From positions 16,288 to 80,287 of the forward strand of contig NZ_FUWR01000013.1 of the NCBI RefSeq assembly GCF_900167465.1: a stretch of DNA of 64,000 bases. Reading direction: 5' to 3'. Position 1 is the stretch's first letter. Every line of letters starts with the position of its first letter. This stretch comes from Trichlorobacter thiogenes. Lineage in GTDB: Bacteria; Desulfobacterota; Desulfuromonadia; Geobacterales; Pseudopelobacteraceae. Of this stretch, positions 9,780 through 21,219 are shown in pieces. The notes below the pieces were generated by a model. It made no database searches and was not told the DNA's origin. It saw only the letters and a program-made list of their open reading frames with translations. Both the position numbers and the translations under genes were made by a program.

Positions 9780-10214
9780 CTAATTTTTAATATGATTGAA
9801 AAGTGCGCGTAGACCGAGCAGGTAACTATCCAGGCCAAAACCGCATATCTGACCCAAGGCAAGGGGGGCCAGATAACTGTGATGCCGGAACTCTTCCCTG
9901 CGGTGGATATTGGAAAGGTGAACTTCCACAAAGGGAAGTCCGATTGCAGCCATGGCATCACGCAGGGCGACACTGGTATGGGTGTAGGCTGCAGGGTTAA
10001 TCAGAATGCCGTCGTACTTCTCCGGTGCCTGTTGAATTGCATCCACCAAGGCACCTTCACTGTTTGACTGAAAAAAACCAAGCACAGCTTCAAACTCTGC
10101 ACCCAATGCCTCTAAAGCCCCATTGATATCCTCAAGGGAAAGGGTGCCATATATTTCAGGCTCCCGCTTACCCAACAGGTTCAGGTTCGGACCATGCAGC
10201 ACCAGAATCCGCAT
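9780..10214 (-). CDS. aroQ: type II 3-dehydroquinate dehydratase
   Basis: [23 protein letters not shown]... 144 aa. Confidence 0.9.
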   Translation of the reverse strand: MRILVLHGPNLNLLGKREPEIYGTLSLEDINGALEALGAEFEAVLGFFQSNSEGALVDAIQQAPEKYDGILINPAAYTHTSVALRDAMAAIGLPFVEVHLSNIHRREEFRHHSYLAPLALGQICGFGLDSYLLGLRALFNHIKN

Positions 10215-10216
10215 GG

Positions 10217-10579
10217 CTAGCCCACTGCCTCAACCAGTTCCAGGGCCTTGGCACGCAGCAGATAGCGCGCCTTGCCAAGATTACCCTCCTTGGCAAGCAC
10301 AAAGGCAGCAAAAAACTCATCGTTCAGGACCCGAATAATCATACGTGAGTTGGCAGTAGTAATGGTAATTTCTTCCATCTCACCTGCCCCTACCACTTCG
10401 ATCGTACGCCGGATTTCCTTGATAACCGTGCCGTATTCAACCGCCATGGTCTGGACATCAAAACCGGCATCCCCCCGTTGCACCTCATCAATGGCGATAC
10501 AATCGTACCCCATCAGCATAACGGCAAACGCACCTTCAACCTGTTCCAGCATCGAGGTTAACTGATCTCTTAGCGACAT
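10217..10579 (-). CDS. roadblock/LC7 (MglB-like) domain protein
   Basis: 120 aa. [20 protein letters not shown] fits the roadblock core. Inference from pattern only. Confidence 0.45.
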   Translation of the reverse strand: MSLRDQLTSMLEQVEGAFAVMLMGYDCIAIDEVQRGDAGFDVQTMAVEYGTVIKEIRRTIEVVGAGEMEEITITTANSRMIIRVLNDEFFAAFVLAKEGNLGKARYLLRAKALELVEAVG

Positions 10580-11574
10580 ACCCGTAACCTCCTGATATTC
10601 TCAAGCCACCCTTCCAACACTGTTACTGCAGCCTGCTGGTCAGCAACACCTTCCACTGGCAGATTTAACGGTGCAGAAGACAGTTCCGCTGCGACTGCAG
10701 CTGCATGGCCTGACTCGGCAACCACTTCAGCCTGTTCCAACGTTGCAAGGCGGCTGACCGCCTCCTGATTTTGGGGATCTGCGGAAACAATCCTGCGATA
10801 AATTTCAATCGCCTTCTCAGGAAAGCCCTGAGAAACATATAACTCTGCCAGGGTTGAGGTGGTTAGTGGATCGTGCTCAACCACCGCCTCAGCAGCAGTC
10901 TCAACCGTTGCCGCAAGCTGCTGTTCAGGAACTGACCAGACAGCTTCAAGTGCTGTTGGAGATGGTGCCACCTCAGGTGCAACAGCATTGATACCGGACC
11001 AGGGGTCTTCAACGGTACGGGGCACCGGCTTGATCCGCTCAACCAGCTCGCCAACATCCTCCGGCTCCTCATAAATATCGGCCTCGGTCAGCTCAATCAA
11101 TTCAAGGTCATCATCATCCGAAACGGCAGAGAGCCTTTGCTGCAGTGATTCCAGCTCAATCCGGGCCGACATATCATCCGGGTTAAAATCAAGCAGAGTC
11201 TGAAGTGCCTGAAGCGCAGCCTGATCATTGCCCGACTCTTTATAGAGACGTGCCAACAGACGCTGCGCCTCGGCATGGCCAGGAACAGCCGTTGCCACTG
11301 TCTCAAGGGCACGTCGACACTCATCGACCAGCCCTTTCTGGTGACAGACCCTGGCCAGTGCCATCTGCCCGTCTGCATAGCCAGGATGTTTGCTAACCCC
11401 GGTCCGTGAAACGGCCAAGGCATCATCCAGCAGACCAGCCTGCAGATAGACCTCCGCAAGGGGGGCAAAACAGTATGAGGAGGGATCGCTCTTCAAGCGT
11501 TCCTCATACATCTTGATTTCACTCCAGAAGGACTCCGTTGACGACTGCATAGGCGCCTTTACCTCCCTGAGCAA
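10570..11574 (-). CDS. tetratricopeptide-repeat protein with acidic linker
   Basis: TPR-like helical repeats at both ends with a central D/E-rich segment. Overlaps aroB by 16 nt. Confidence 0.7.
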   Translation of the reverse strand: MLREVKAPMQSSTESFWSEIKMYEERLKSDPSSYCFAPLAEVYLQAGLLDDALAVSRTGVSKHPGYADGQMALARVCHQKGLVDECRRALETVATAVPGHAEAQRLLARLYKESGNDQAALQALQTLLDFNPDDMSARIELESLQQRLSAVSDDDDLELIELTEADIYEEPEDVGELVERIKPVPRTVEDPWSGINAVAPEVAPSPTALEAVWSVPEQQLAATVETAAEAVVEHDPLTTSTLAELYVSQGFPEKAIEIYRRIVSADPQNQEAVSRLATLEQAEVVAESGHAAAVAAELSSAPLNLPVEGVADQQAAVTVLEGWLENIRRLRVCR

Positions 11575-12638
11575 CAGGCTTCGGCCAACTGGGCCGGGGT
11601 AAACTGATGAAATGCGTAGGAGCCGATACCTTGGTTACAAATAAACTGCAGGGTACCGGAGCGGTTTTTCTTATCTTTAGCAAGGGATCTGACCAGATCT
11701 TCTACAGACACGACAGGGGCTTCAGTCGGCAACCCCAACAACTGAATCAACGTAGTAATTCGCTCTACATCACTGGTGGTACAGTAGCCTTCACGCTGCG
11801 ACAGCACTGCTGCCTGAATCATGCCGATAGCAACTGCCTCACCATGTACCAGATCACGGTAACCGGACAGGGTTTCAAAGGCATGCCCCAGGGTATGGCC
11901 ATAGTTGAGCACTGCCCGCAGGCCGCCTTCGCGCTCATCCTGTTCCACCACCCAGGCCTTGATCTCGCAGCAACGTGCAATTACCCGCCCCAGCAGTTGC
12001 GGATCACGCTTAAGCAAGCCATCAATCTTGGTTTCCAGCAGTGTAAACAGTTCGGCATCAAGCACGACCCCGTACTTGATCACTTCAGCCAGTCCAGCCC
12101 GATAGTGGCGATCTGACAGGGTCTTCAAGGTACTGACATCGGCCAGCACCAGATGGGGCTGATAAAAGGCACCGATCAGGTTCTTGCCCAGGGGATGGTC
12201 AATACCGGTCTTGCCGCCGACACTGCTGTCTACCTGCGCCAGCAACGTAGTCGGCACCTGCACAAACGGAATCCCGCGCAGAAAGGTGGCTGCTGCAAAT
12301 CCGGCCAGATCACCAACCACCCCGCCACCAAGGGCGACAATGAATGAACGACGATCCAGGCCAGCCTCAATCAAACGATCGTACACACCATTCAGGGTTG
12401 CGCTGGTTTTATACTCTTCACCATCAGGAATTTCAATCGTCACCGGGGTAAAGCCGGCTTCCTGAAGCGAACTGACAACCTGATCAGCATACAATGGGGC
12501 AACCGTCGGATTACTCACCACCGCAGCAACACCTGCAAGCCCTACGGCCTTGCAGGCAGCTCCAATACCGGACAGCAGCCCTTCGCCGATGCCAATATCG
12601 TACGAGTGAGAATCAAGCTGGATCGTGATGGTTTTCAC
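11559..12638 (-). CDS. aroB: 3-dehydroquinate synthase
   Basis: [13 protein letters not shown]... and NYGHTLGHA motifs. 359 aa. Confidence 0.9.
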   Translation of the reverse strand: MKTITIQLDSHSYDIGIGEGLLSGIGAACKAVGLAGVAAVVSNPTVAPLYADQVVSSLQEAGFTPVTIEIPDGEEYKTSATLNGVYDRLIEAGLDRRSFIVALGGGVVGDLAGFAAATFLRGIPFVQVPTTLLAQVDSSVGGKTGIDHPLGKNLIGAFYQPHLVLADVSTLKTLSDRHYRAGLAEVIKYGVVLDAELFTLLETKIDGLLKRDPQLLGRVIARCCEIKAWVVEQDEREGGLRAVLNYGHTLGHAFETLSGYRDLVHGEAVAIGMIQAAVLSQREGYCTTSDVERITTLIQLLGLPTEAPVVSVEDLVRSLAKDKKNRSGTLQFICNQGIGSYAFHQFTPAQLAEACCSGR

Positions 12639-13165
12639 AGCACCCCTGGATGTTTTTCAGCGTAAAATGCAAGGATTAAAACGGCAACATCTTCCAATGT
12701 TTTCCCGGTGGTGTCAATTCTTATGTCGGCATCGGCATAAAACGGTTCACGTTCAGTCATAATCCGCTCGATTCTGACATCAAGTGCTTCGTCACCTTTC
12801 AGCAAAGGACGGTCGTTCGCCTGAGCCAGGCGACTGACCAGGACATCAACCGTTGCAACAAGGTTTACCACCAGACCGGCAGCATGCAGTAGCCTGCGGT
12901 TTGCCTCACGAATTACCACCCCACCACCGGTTGACAGCACCATCCCCTGCTTCCCAACCAGCGTTGAAAGCAATGCGGTCTCACGATCCCTGAAAGCAGC
13001 TTCTCCATCATCAGCAAAGATCTGGTTGATGCTTTTTCCTGCCTGCTCAACAATCAAGGCGTCAAGATCCTGAAACTGATACCCCAACCGCCGGGCCAGG
13101 AGCCTCCCCACGCTGGTCTTGCCGCTCCCCATTGGACCGGTCAGGATGATCGAATCAGGCATCAA
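12635..13165 (-). CDS. aroK: shikimate kinase
   Basis: P-loop [29 protein letters not shown]. 176 aa. Confidence 0.9.
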   Translation of the reverse strand: MMPDSIILTGPMGSGKTSVGRLLARRLGYQFQDLDALIVEQAGKSINQIFADDGEAAFRDRETALLSTLVGKQGMVLSTGGGVVIREANRRLLHAAGLVVNLVATVDVLVSRLAQANDRPLLKGDEALDVRIERIMTEREPFYADADIRIDTTGKTLEDVAVLILAFYAEKHPGVL

Positions 13166-14340
13166 AAATCCCGCAGACCAGCCAGATAACTGTCACGGTT
13201 GCGACGGATCTCATCCAGAGAATCGCCACCGAACTTCTCCAGCAGAGCCTGGGCCAACTCAATCGCCACCACCGCCTCAGCCACCACCAGGGCAGCCGGC
13301 ACGGCACAGGTATCAGAACGTTCCACTGATGCCTCATAGGGTTGATGGGTAGCGATATCCACCGACTGCAGCGGGGTGTACAGGGTTGGAATCGGTTTCA
13401 TGGCAGCCCGCAGCACCAGCGGTTCGCCATTGGTCATACCGCCCTCCAGACCGCCAGCATGGTTGCTGGGGCGCTGATACGGGATCAGCTCTCCCTGTTG
13501 CAGCCGGGCCGGATTCCAGGTGATCTCGTCATGCACTTTGGAACCGGGACGACGGGCAGCCTCAAAACCGAGCCCGATTTCCACCCCTTTAATGGCCTGA
13601 ATGCTCATCAGCGCCATGGCCAGCCGGGCATCCAGCTTACGATCCCACTGCACATGGCTTCCCAGACCTGGCGGCAGCCCCAGCACCTGGACCTCTACCA
13701 CACCGCCCAGGGTATCGCCAATCGCCTTGGTATGATCAATCAACCGCTTCATCTCCAGCTCTGCAGCCGAATCACAGCAGAACATCTCAGATGCGGCAGC
13801 CTGTTCCCACTGCTGCTGATACGGCTGTGAGGAAGGCTTTGCCACCACACCACCCACCTCAGCCACCACACCGCCAATCCTGATATCCAGCGCATGCAGC
13901 AGGCCACGGGCAACCGCGCCAACCGCCACACGGACGGCGGTCTCACGGGCACTGGAACGCTCAAGAATATTACGCACATCACGGTGGCCATACTTCATGG
14001 CACCGCACAGATCAGCATGACCAGGCCGGGGACGAGTGACGGCCTCAGCCATCCCCTCATGCTCAGCCAGGGGCGACATCTTCTCCAGCCAGTTTTCCCA
14101 GTCACGATTCTTGACCACCAGGGTCACCGGGGACCCCAGGGTCTTACCCCAACGGACACCGGACAGGATATCAGCCCGATCCCGTTCAATCTTCATCCGG
14201 TCACCACGACCATAGCCCTGCTGACGACGGGCAAGTTGCAGATCAAGCAGCTCAGGAGAGATCTCCAGGCCAGCGGGTAAACCTTCAATAATGGCAGTCA
14301 ACTGGGGTCCGTGGGACTCACCAGCGGTAATATAGCGCAT
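13162..14340 (-). CDS. aroC: chorismate synthase
   Basis: [12 protein letters not shown]... Start moved from track 14388 to ATG 14338-14340 (GGAG SD upstream), giving 392 aa. Confidence 0.9.
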   Translation of the reverse strand: MRYITAGESHGPQLTAIIEGLPAGLEISPELLDLQLARRQQGYGRGDRMKIERDRADILSGVRWGKTLGSPVTLVVKNRDWENWLEKMSPLAEHEGMAEAVTRPRPGHADLCGAMKYGHRDVRNILERSSARETAVRVAVGAVARGLLHALDIRIGGVVAEVGGVVAKPSSQPYQQQWEQAAASEMFCCDSAAELEMKRLIDHTKAIGDTLGGVVEVQVLGLPPGLGSHVQWDRKLDARLAMALMSIQAIKGVEIGLGFEAARRPGSKVHDEITWNPARLQQGELIPYQRPSNHAGGLEGGMTNGEPLVLRAAMKPIPTLYTPLQSVDIATHQPYEASVERSDTCAVPAALVVAEAVVAIELAQALLEKFGGDSLDEIRRNRDSYLAGLRDF

Positions 14341-14421
14341 AGAAACCATCTCCTGCAGATTGATAATAGGCGGGAGATTAGCATCCAAGCGTCACAAGGG
14401 CAAGAAAAACCCCCCTGTAAC

Positions 14422-14450
14422 TTGACAGCAAAGCAACCTCACCGTATAGT
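14422..14450 (+). promoter_or_regulatory. near-consensus sigma70 promoter TTGACA-N17-TATAGT, only 7 nt before the FHA ATG (leaderless-type)
   Basis: TTGACA at 14422-14427, TATAGT at 14445-14450, ATG at 14458. Confidence 0.4.
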
Positions 14451-14457
14451 TCTGCCC

Positions 14458-15462
14458 ATGACAGCCCTGACCCTGCCCATAGGAACCATTCAAGCAGCAG
14501 CAACAACCTACAGCCGTGAAATCATGGTTGAGTTGTTAAAAGGGCTGTCCGGTTCATCTTTCACCGGTTACCTTGGCATAAGCAATGGTGACCGTCTCTT
14601 TCTGCTGTTCATCTTTCAAGGCACTCCCTATTCCGCCGGACTTGCGGTTGGTGAAAAACCTACCCCGCTAACCATCACCAATTTCTGTGCCCAGGTGGCA
14701 ACTATCCGGGACGGTTCAGGTACCATCTCCCTCCATGAAACTGACCCGGTACTGCTTAAATGCATGTTGGTCTTTATTCAGGATGAACCTGCTGCCAAAG
14801 GTCCGGTCAACCTGATCAATCTTGACGGCATGGTAAGCCAGATTAAGGCGAATGAAGCTGACGCCCTGGTGATTCTGGAAAAAGACGGCTGTTGCAACTT
14901 TTTCTTCTTCCTGGACGGAACCAAGACCGCTGCCTACTGGTCAGATGGTCTGTCGGAAGACCCGAATGGTCTGTCCGTAGATGAACAGATGTTGCTGTAC
15001 GCCTATCAGGAAACTGCCACTCCGGTTAGCGCCACCATTTACCAGACCCTTAACACGATGAAATCAAAAGACTCTTCCAATATATCACTGGAGGGGATTG
15101 TACGGCTCTTCGCTGCGGTAGAAGATACAGAGCAGACCATCGCTCCCGGCAAACTGACCATACAGCACCATGATCAACTGCGGCTGAAGGTGCTTGAAGG
15201 GACCCAGGCTGGATCAGAATTGGGCGGTTCATTGCCCTGTGTTCTGGGTAGAAAAGATGCCGACATCGTCATCAACGATCCAATGGTCTCCAAGCGCCAC
15301 GCTGCCATCCAGATCATCAACGGCAAGCTGCTATTGGTTGACCTGCACAGCACCAACGGCACCACCCTCAACAATGAACCGGTCACCCAACGGGAACTGA
15401 AGCAGGGGGACCGGATCGGTATCGGTCAGACCGTGTTACTGATAAAGGCTGTTACCCCTTAA
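14458..15462 (+). CDS. FHA-domain protein (N-terminal uncharacterised domain + C-terminal FHA)
   Basis: C-terminus GRKDADIVINDPMVSKRHAAIQIINGKLLLVDLHSTNGTTLN is a canonical FHA. The track start 14311 overlaps aroC, so the ATG at 14458 is chosen. Confidence 0.75.
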   Translation: MTALTLPIGTIQAAATTYSREIMVELLKGLSGSSFTGYLGISNGDRLFLLFIFQGTPYSAGLAVGEKPTPLTITNFCAQVATIRDGSGTISLHETDPVLLKCMLVFIQDEPAAKGPVNLINLDGMVSQIKANEADALVILEKDGCCNFFFFLDGTKTAAYWSDGLSEDPNGLSVDEQMLLYAYQETATPVSATIYQTLNTMKSKDSSNISLEGIVRLFAAVEDTEQTIAPGKLTIQHHDQLRLKVLEGTQAGSELGGSLPCVLGRKDADIVINDPMVSKRHAAIQIINGKLLLVDLHSTNGTTLNNEPVTQRELKQGDRIGIGQTVLLIKAVTP

Positions 15463-16252
15463 ACAGCCGTTTCATCCCGGCCAGCAGTCCTTTTCCCTCC
15501 ACCGCCGACAGCAGAATCACTGAGATATTATCACGCCCTCCCCGTCCATTAGCGCAGGCCACCAGCTCTCGGCAGGCAGCTTCAGGATTTTTTGCCACGC
15601 CGATCAGGGCAGCAATTTCTTCATCCGCCACCATGCCGAACAGACCATCGGAACAGAGCAGCAGGCAGTCTCCTGATTGTAGTTCCAGTTCATCCAGATC
15701 AACCAGCACATCTTCTTCCTGGCCTATGGCTCTGGTCAGAACGTTACGCCCCTTGGCAGACAATGCCTCATCACGGCTCATCAAGCCGGCCCGCACCTGT
15801 TCCTCAATCCAGGAATGGTCCTCGGTAATCTGCTTAAATCTACCCTGACGTAAGAGATAGGCCCGACTGTCCCCCACATGGGCGATGGCCACCCTGTTGC
15901 CTGCAACGGTTAGGGCCACAATGGTGGTACCCATGCCACGCCATTCCGGCTTGGAAAATGCCGCCTCAAACACCGCTCGATTGGCAAAACGGACCGCAGA
16001 GCCCAGCAGATTAGCTGCCTCAGAATGGGCTGCACCAGCCTCACCCACCAACGGTGCATGCCCTTTGGCTGCCATCTGCAGGTAATCCCGCATGGTATCC
16101 AGACAGATCCGGCTGGCAAATTCGCCCCCCTTATGGCCACCCATTCCATCTGCCACAGCGTACAGATGCAGGGCAGGTTCCAGCAGGATTGCATCCTCAT
16201 TATGGGGGCGCACCTGGCCCACATCGGTCTGTCCAAAGGCGGTTAGTTCCAT
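15452..16252 (-). CDS. PP2C-family Ser/Thr protein phosphatase
   Basis: FGQTDVGQVRPHNEDA...AVADGMGGHKGGEFAS...DGL. 266 aa. Confidence 0.9.
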   Translation of the reverse strand: MELTAFGQTDVGQVRPHNEDAILLEPALHLYAVADGMGGHKGGEFASRICLDTMRDYLQMAAKGHAPLVGEAGAAHSEAANLLGSAVRFANRAVFEAAFSKPEWRGMGTTIVALTVAGNRVAIAHVGDSRAYLLRQGRFKQITEDHSWIEEQVRAGLMSRDEALSAKGRNVLTRAIGQEEDVLVDLDELELQSGDCLLLCSDGLFGMVADEEIAALIGVAKNPEAACRELVACANGRGGRDNISVILLSAVEGKGLLAGMKRLFKG

Positions 16253-16324
16253 AGGATTCCTTGTTCATAGGAGCTTGCAATTTAGGTAACGATAAAAGTG
16301 GTAATAAACACAACAAACGGCACA

Positions 16325-16747
16325 TCACACTGTTTTCTCTTGTGCCTGGTACGGGTTAATAATTAGCACCCCAAGCGGCTGGAAGTGCTTTTCATTACGG
16401 GTTACGACCGTCAAACCATGCTGCAATGCCGTTGCTGCAATTACAAGGTCAGCTCCATCATGGCCCACCGCTGCTGAAAGCTCACCCCAACGCCGCGCAA
16501 CATCTGAGGTTACCGGCAAAATGCGGTCGCCGTAATTTCGTAACAACATCTCCAGCCATTGTTGCAGACGTCTGGCAAAAACAGCATCTTTGCGACGTTG
16601 TCCAGCTATTCCCCGCTGTATTTCACTAATGGTGACCACACTTAAAAAGAGACTTTTTTCCGACGTAGCACCCAGCCACGAAATAACATTTGGATCAGGA
16701 ATCTGCTTACGAAGCTCTGATATCACCATTGTATCCAGCAGCCACAT
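16325..16747 (-). CDS. vapC: type II toxin VapC (PIN domain)
   Basis: MWLLDTMVISEL... PIN acidic residues. 140 aa. Start overlaps the antitoxin stop. Confidence 0.8.
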   Translation of the reverse strand: MWLLDTMVISELRKQIPDPNVISWLGATSEKSLFLSVVTISEIQRGIAGQRRKDAVFARRLQQWLEMLLRNYGDRILPVTSDVARRWGELSAAVGHDGADLVIAATALQHGLTVVTRNEKHFQPLGVLIINPYQAQEKTV

Positions 16748-17007
16748 TAGAACTCAACCTCGCGGGATTGAAAGGGAAGCCGCTCAAATTCACCATCATC
16801 TTTTGGAAGGGCAAGCAAGTGTTCCACAAAACTTGGACGTACCGTGGCTTGCTGTTCCTCAAGCCGCCGATACTCGTCAGCCGCAATAATAACAACCACT
16901 TCCCTACCATGCCGGGTAATATGTTGCGGACTTCCATGTAGTGCTGCGTCAACAACCTTACTAAATTGATTTTTTGCGTCCTGAAGACGCCACGATAACG
17001 TTGGCAT
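16747..17007 (-). CDS. Phd/YefM-type antitoxin
   Basis: 86 aa, MPTLSWRLQDAKNQFSKVVD...VVIIAADEYRRLEE. Confidence 0.7.
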   Translation of the reverse strand: MPTLSWRLQDAKNQFSKVVDAALHGSPQHITRHGREVVVIIAADEYRRLEEQQATVRPSFVEHLLALPKDDGEFERLPFQSREVEF

Positions 17008-17065
17008 AAGCTCTCCATTTCTAGCCAGATTATATAGCCAGAATATCCGCTTCAGAACACAAATG

Positions 17066-19564
17066 TCAACTATTCAACTTTGCCAGACACATCTTGACAT
17101 GCTCCACCACTTCCCGCGCATTCTGGTAGCGCTTGGTCAGATCTTTGGTAATCAGCCGATGGGCGATATAGGCGCAGCACTGTGGAATATTCGGATCTAT
17201 CTGGGTGATCAGCACCGGCGGTTTGTTGGCAATGGCGTACATCAAGGCCGCAATGCTCTCGCCGGAAAACGGTTTCTGACCGCAGAGCAGTTCATACATG
17301 GATGCCCCCAGCGAAAACAGGTCAGACCTGCCATCCACCTTCTGGCCAGCCACCTGTTCCGGCGACATGTAGCTGGGGGTACCCAGCACGGTGCCGGTCT
17401 GGGTGGCGGATGAGGTGGTAATACGGGCGATACCAAAGTCAGCTATTTTGACCGTACCATCCTTCAGCAGCATGATGTTGGCCGGCTTGATGTCGCGGTG
17501 GATGATCCCCTTTTCATGGGCAAATGCCAGACCTTCTGCCACGCTGCCGATGATCTTCAGCAGGTCTTTGACCGGCAGCAGTTTTTCCTTTTTGATGTAG
17601 GGAGTCAGGTCAGAACCATCCAGCAGTTCCATGGCAACATAGGCCAGATCCTCTTCCTCACCAACATCATAAATTGTCACAATATTGGGATGATTGATGG
17701 TACCGGCAGCCTCGGCCTCACGGAAGAAGCGCTTCTTGGTATCATCCAGCAGATCAGGATCAACCTCTTCAAACCGCACGGTCTTGATCGCCACCAGCCG
17801 GTTGATCTTGGGGTCTTTACCCAGGTAGACCACCCCCATAGCGCCCCGACCAAGCTCCTTCTGAATCTCATAACGACCGATGGTGGGGGCAGTAACTGTC
17901 CCGCCAGGGCCAGCTATAATGGTGCCTTCACGACGCCCGCTGTTGCCAAAGATCATGGTCTCGCCAGCCACCTTCATGGTGGCGATCCGCTCCTTGATAT
18001 CTTTGTAGTCTCCGGCGGTCAGGATATGCTCATACACCGCGCCGGACTTGTTGAACATCCGCTTGCGTTCAAAATCCAGGGCAAGATTGTACAGCAGATC
18101 CTTAATGGTATCGTCCTCAATCGGGCATTTGCGGAACTTCTCAAAGGCCAGGTCCAGCAACCCCTGCCCTTGGAAAGAAAGACCAAGCATCTTGTTGGTC
18201 TCGATGCTGTCACTCTCCACCAGCTCATTACGCTGCTCGGTCATCCGGTAGCGCATGGAGACCAGGGCAGTATAGCCGATGGCCATAAGCAGGGTCGGCC
18301 CCACCATACCCAACCAGACCCCCTGCCCAGCGAACAACCAGACTGCAACACCATTCCAGATCAGCAGCAGACCTGCGGCAATAGCGGCACTTAAACCGGC
18401 CTTCAGGCGTGGCATGGCCAGAGCCAAAAACAGACCAAACAACAGCATGACTCCCAACTCGGCCCAGCGAGCCCAGTCTGGGCGGGAGATCAGATTGTTG
18501 TTCAGCAGGTTTTCAATGACGGTGGCCATCACCTCAATACCGGGATAGGTTGATTGAAATGGCGTCACCGCAAACCCGGCAATGCCGGTGGCCACCGGCC
18601 CGATCAGGACAATCTTGCCTTTAAAGACCTCCGGCTTGACACTGCCCGAAGCCACATCAAAGAATGAATAGGTGGGAAAACTGCCAAAACCGCCGTTGTA
18701 ACTGATCAGCATCTGCCCCCGCGGGTCAACCGGAACTGAAAGCCGTCCGGCAGACAACCGGCCGCCGGAGATCTGCAGATCCTTGGGGGCTATCCGCAGG
18801 TAGGTCAGTGCTGACTGCAGGGCAAAGGAGGGAAACAGACGACCGCGGTAATAAACCACCAGCGACTCGCGCCGCACTGTGCCATCGCTATCCGGCAGGA
18901 TATTAATATGCCCCAGCGACAGAGCCTTATCGGCAAAGGCAGGAATCGGCGCAGCCACCTCACGGGCCTGCTGCAGACCAGCCGGGCTGGCCTGCTCCTT
19001 AGCGGCTTTTTTAAGATACTCTGGCAGATTGGGATCAGGGTTGCCAGCCTGTTCCCCCAGGGTAAAGAACAGCGGCAGCAGCACCTTATTGGTACTGGCC
19101 AGCGATGCGGCCAGCAGGGCATCATTATCCAGTTTTTTCTCAGACTGGCTGATCGCCTCCAGCACTGCCGGGCTGCCACCCAGTTTGACAACGGATTCAC
19201 GTAACGCCTTGATCTCTTCCAGACCAGAGTTTTTATCTGCCTCGGTGTAGAGGATATTGGTACCGATCAGGGCCGGATCATAGGAGGCGATCTGGGCGGT
19301 CAGCTCTGCCATGTAGCCCCGTGGCCAGGGCCAGCGTCCCAGCCGTTCAATGCTGGCATCATCAATGGCCACCACCACAATCGGTGCAACCGGTTTCTTG
19401 GCCCGCAACCTGGCCCGCAGATCGTAGCTCTTGTATTCCAGCAATTGCAGCGGATACCACTGCACCAGAACCGACAGCATCAACACCAGCGTGATAGTAC
19501 CGGTCACCAACAGGTGAGCATGTTTTATCTTAGGAATCTTCATAGCCACCCCAAACAGAGACAT
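17066..19564 (-). CDS. CHASE2-domain Ser/Thr protein kinase (membrane)
   Basis: N-terminal CHASE2 (TM + ...DDASIERLGRWPWPR...) with later TM helices. C-terminal Hanks kinase GRGAMGVVYLG...AIK...HRDIKPANIML...DFGIA...SPE. Start could also be ATG 19543. Confidence 0.85.
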   Translation of the reverse strand: MSLFGVAMKIPKIKHAHLLVTGTITLVLMLSVLVQWYPLQLLEYKSYDLRARLRAKKPVAPIVVVAIDDASIERLGRWPWPRGYMAELTAQIASYDPALIGTNILYTEADKNSGLEEIKALRESVVKLGGSPAVLEAISQSEKKLDNDALLAASLASTNKVLLPLFFTLGEQAGNPDPNLPEYLKKAAKEQASPAGLQQAREVAAPIPAFADKALSLGHINILPDSDGTVRRESLVVYYRGRLFPSFALQSALTYLRIAPKDLQISGGRLSAGRLSVPVDPRGQMLISYNGGFGSFPTYSFFDVASGSVKPEVFKGKIVLIGPVATGIAGFAVTPFQSTYPGIEVMATVIENLLNNNLISRPDWARWAELGVMLLFGLFLALAMPRLKAGLSAAIAAGLLLIWNGVAVWLFAGQGVWLGMVGPTLLMAIGYTALVSMRYRMTEQRNELVESDSIETNKMLGLSFQGQGLLDLAFEKFRKCPIEDDTIKDLLYNLALDFERKRMFNKSGAVYEHILTAGDYKDIKERIATMKVAGETMIFGNSGRREGTIIAGPGGTVTAPTIGRYEIQKELGRGAMGVVYLGKDPKINRLVAIKTVRFEEVDPDLLDDTKKRFFREAEAAGTINHPNIVTIYDVGEEEDLAYVAMELLDGSDLTPYIKKEKLLPVKDLLKIIGSVAEGLAFAHEKGIIHRDIKPANIMLLKDGTVKIADFGIARITTSSATQTGTVLGTPSYMSPEQVAGQKVDGRSDLFSLGASMYELLCGQKPFSGESIAALMYAIANKPPVLITQIDPNIPQCCAYIAHRLITKDLTKRYQNAREVVEHVKMCLAKLNS

Positions 19565-19586
19565 TTCATAAAATCAGCCTGAAACA

Positions 19587-20264
19587 CTAATCCCACAGGC
19601 TTGCGGGTAGATCCGCGCCTGAAGCCAGGACTGCTGCCAGTCCCGGATCGGCAAGAAAGGCAACCACACCATTACTCAGCTCAATACTGCGACCCATCAT
19701 CGGCTGCTGCTTCATCGCCCGGGCCAAGGTACAGAAGGCCGTATCCATGATCGTTTTACGGGTAGTATCCATTTGAACGGCTTGGACAGCTTCAGTCTGA
19801 TCCGGATTCAATGTCTCAAGACAAGCCTCTTTATCCAGCGACGTCACTGACCGACAGACCAAAGGACGCACCGGATAGATGCTGCATCCCCCCCGCGCAT
19901 CAATAAAGGGACAAAGGATCTGTTTGTGTATCCGCTCACTGTCTTCCATCCAACGCACACGCAGGGCATGGCTCTGCAGGCGTTTAAGCTGGGCATCACA
20001 CGCTGCAGCGACACAATGCATGGAAAGCCAGCCTGCAATGGCAACCGCTTCAGGCAACAGCACCGATACATTCAGGACACAACAGTGGGAACAACCCAGC
20101 TTACAGGCCACCGGCCTGTGTCCGGCCAGATTTTCAGCCAGATCAGTAAAAGCCGACATGGTGGCGGCAAAGCCAGAGGTATCATGTACCGTTGCCAACA
20201 GATCAACTGCCAGCCGATACAGCCGACTCTCAACCTGGTGCAGCTGTATCGTTGAGTCAGCCAT
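19587..20264 (-). CDS. YkgJ-family Cys-cluster (putative Fe-S/Zn) protein
   Basis: CKLGCSHCC...CPF...GGCSIYPVRPLVC pattern. 225 aa. Confidence 0.55.
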   Translation of the reverse strand: MADSTIQLHQVESRLYRLAVDLLATVHDTSGFAATMSAFTDLAENLAGHRPVACKLGCSHCCVLNVSVLLPEAVAIAGWLSMHCVAAACDAQLKRLQSHALRVRWMEDSERIHKQILCPFIDARGGCSIYPVRPLVCRSVTSLDKEACLETLNPDQTEAVQAVQMDTTRKTIMDTAFCTLARAMKQQPMMGRSIELSNGVVAFLADPGLAAVLASGADLPASLWD

Positions 20265-20334
20265 ACTTCACCCCGCCTTGGCATTCAGCATCTGCTTTAC
20301 TCTAACCTAAAATCAGCAATCTGCAAGGCTGGCC

Positions 20335-21219
20335 CTACTCTTTTACCGGCACCGCCGGTGGCATCATCTGTACTGATCGAATCCACGGTTCATACCGCTT
20401 TCCCACAGCAAGATCAACCTGATAGCGAAGCGGCTGCTTCTTTATGGAATCCGCTGGCGTATACGGCCATCCATACTCATCACGATACGGCGCAATCCTT
20501 CCAGTGCCGCTGGTTAGCCGCCGCAACTCCATCCCAAGGTCATGGGGAAGATGAATCCGGGACACCAGAATACGTTCAACATAACCGGTAAGCCGCTGTT
20601 TTTGCTTTAACCGTTGCTGATCAGAAGTAGCATGTTTAACCTGCAACTTCACCAATGCAGGCAAAATCAGATAGCGATCGGTACCAGGATAGCGTTGTCG
20701 CAACTGACGCGGGTCTTTGCCCAGATCCACCAAAAACAGGCGAGACTCCTCCACAAGTTGCCTTTTTATCTGCTTTAACTCCCATTCACGGTTTTTCTTT
20801 TCACTCTCGCTGCCACCGGTTGCGGTTTCCAGCTCCCGGTACCGGGCAAGCTGCTTTTCTTTCCAACGCTGATGGAGACTGCCATCAAACTCAAGCACCA
20901 GATAGGCACGACGCGGCAGTTGCTTGTGGTAATACCGCTCAGCAGCCGGGCTGTCTGGAACACGTGAGCAATCAAAGCCCACTGCCTCAAGATGCTTCTG
21001 ATCAAACCAGTCCTGAACAGCATCACCCTGATGACGCCAAATTAGGTGCAGCGACAACCCGCTGTTCTCTGTGCCACCGCCAGACAACCGCAATTCCCGC
21101 TCAGACAACAGCATCCGGGCCTCGGGCTGACCTGAGCGGTTCCAGGCAACGCCACCCAGGATCACAAGATTTACCACCACCACCAGACCAGTTGCCAGCC
21201 AGATGCCGTAGCGCCTCAT
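20335..21219 (-). CDS. hypothetical protein with single N-terminal TM anchor
   Basis: Start set at MRRYGIWLATGLVVVVNLVILG (ATG 21217-21219, ATGA overlap with the upstream gene). No recognisable domain. Confidence 0.5.
   Translation of the reverse strand: MRRYGIWLATGLVVVVNLVILGGVAWNRSGQPEARMLLSERELRLSGGGTENSGLSLHLIWRHQGDAVQDWFDQKHLEAVGFDCSRVPDSPAAERYYHKQLPRRAYLVLEFDGSLHQRWKEKQLARYRELETATGGSESEKKNREWELKQIKRQLVEESRLFLVDLGKDPRQLRQRYPGTDRYLILPALVKLQVKHATSDQQRLKQKQRLTGYVERILVSRIHLPHDLGMELRRLTSGTGRIAPYRDEYGWPYTPADSIKKQPLRYQVDLAVGKRYEPWIRSVQMMPPAVPVKE

Noticed and set aside
14311-14457. Upstream extension of the FHA ORF to 14311
   Set aside because: Would overlap aroC on the other strand by about 30 codons. 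A strong promoter sits at 14422-14450 just before the ATG at 14458.
17498-18394. 298-aa plus-strand ORF antisense to the Ser/Thr kinase
   Set aside because: Shadow ORF within the kinase catalytic-domain coding region.
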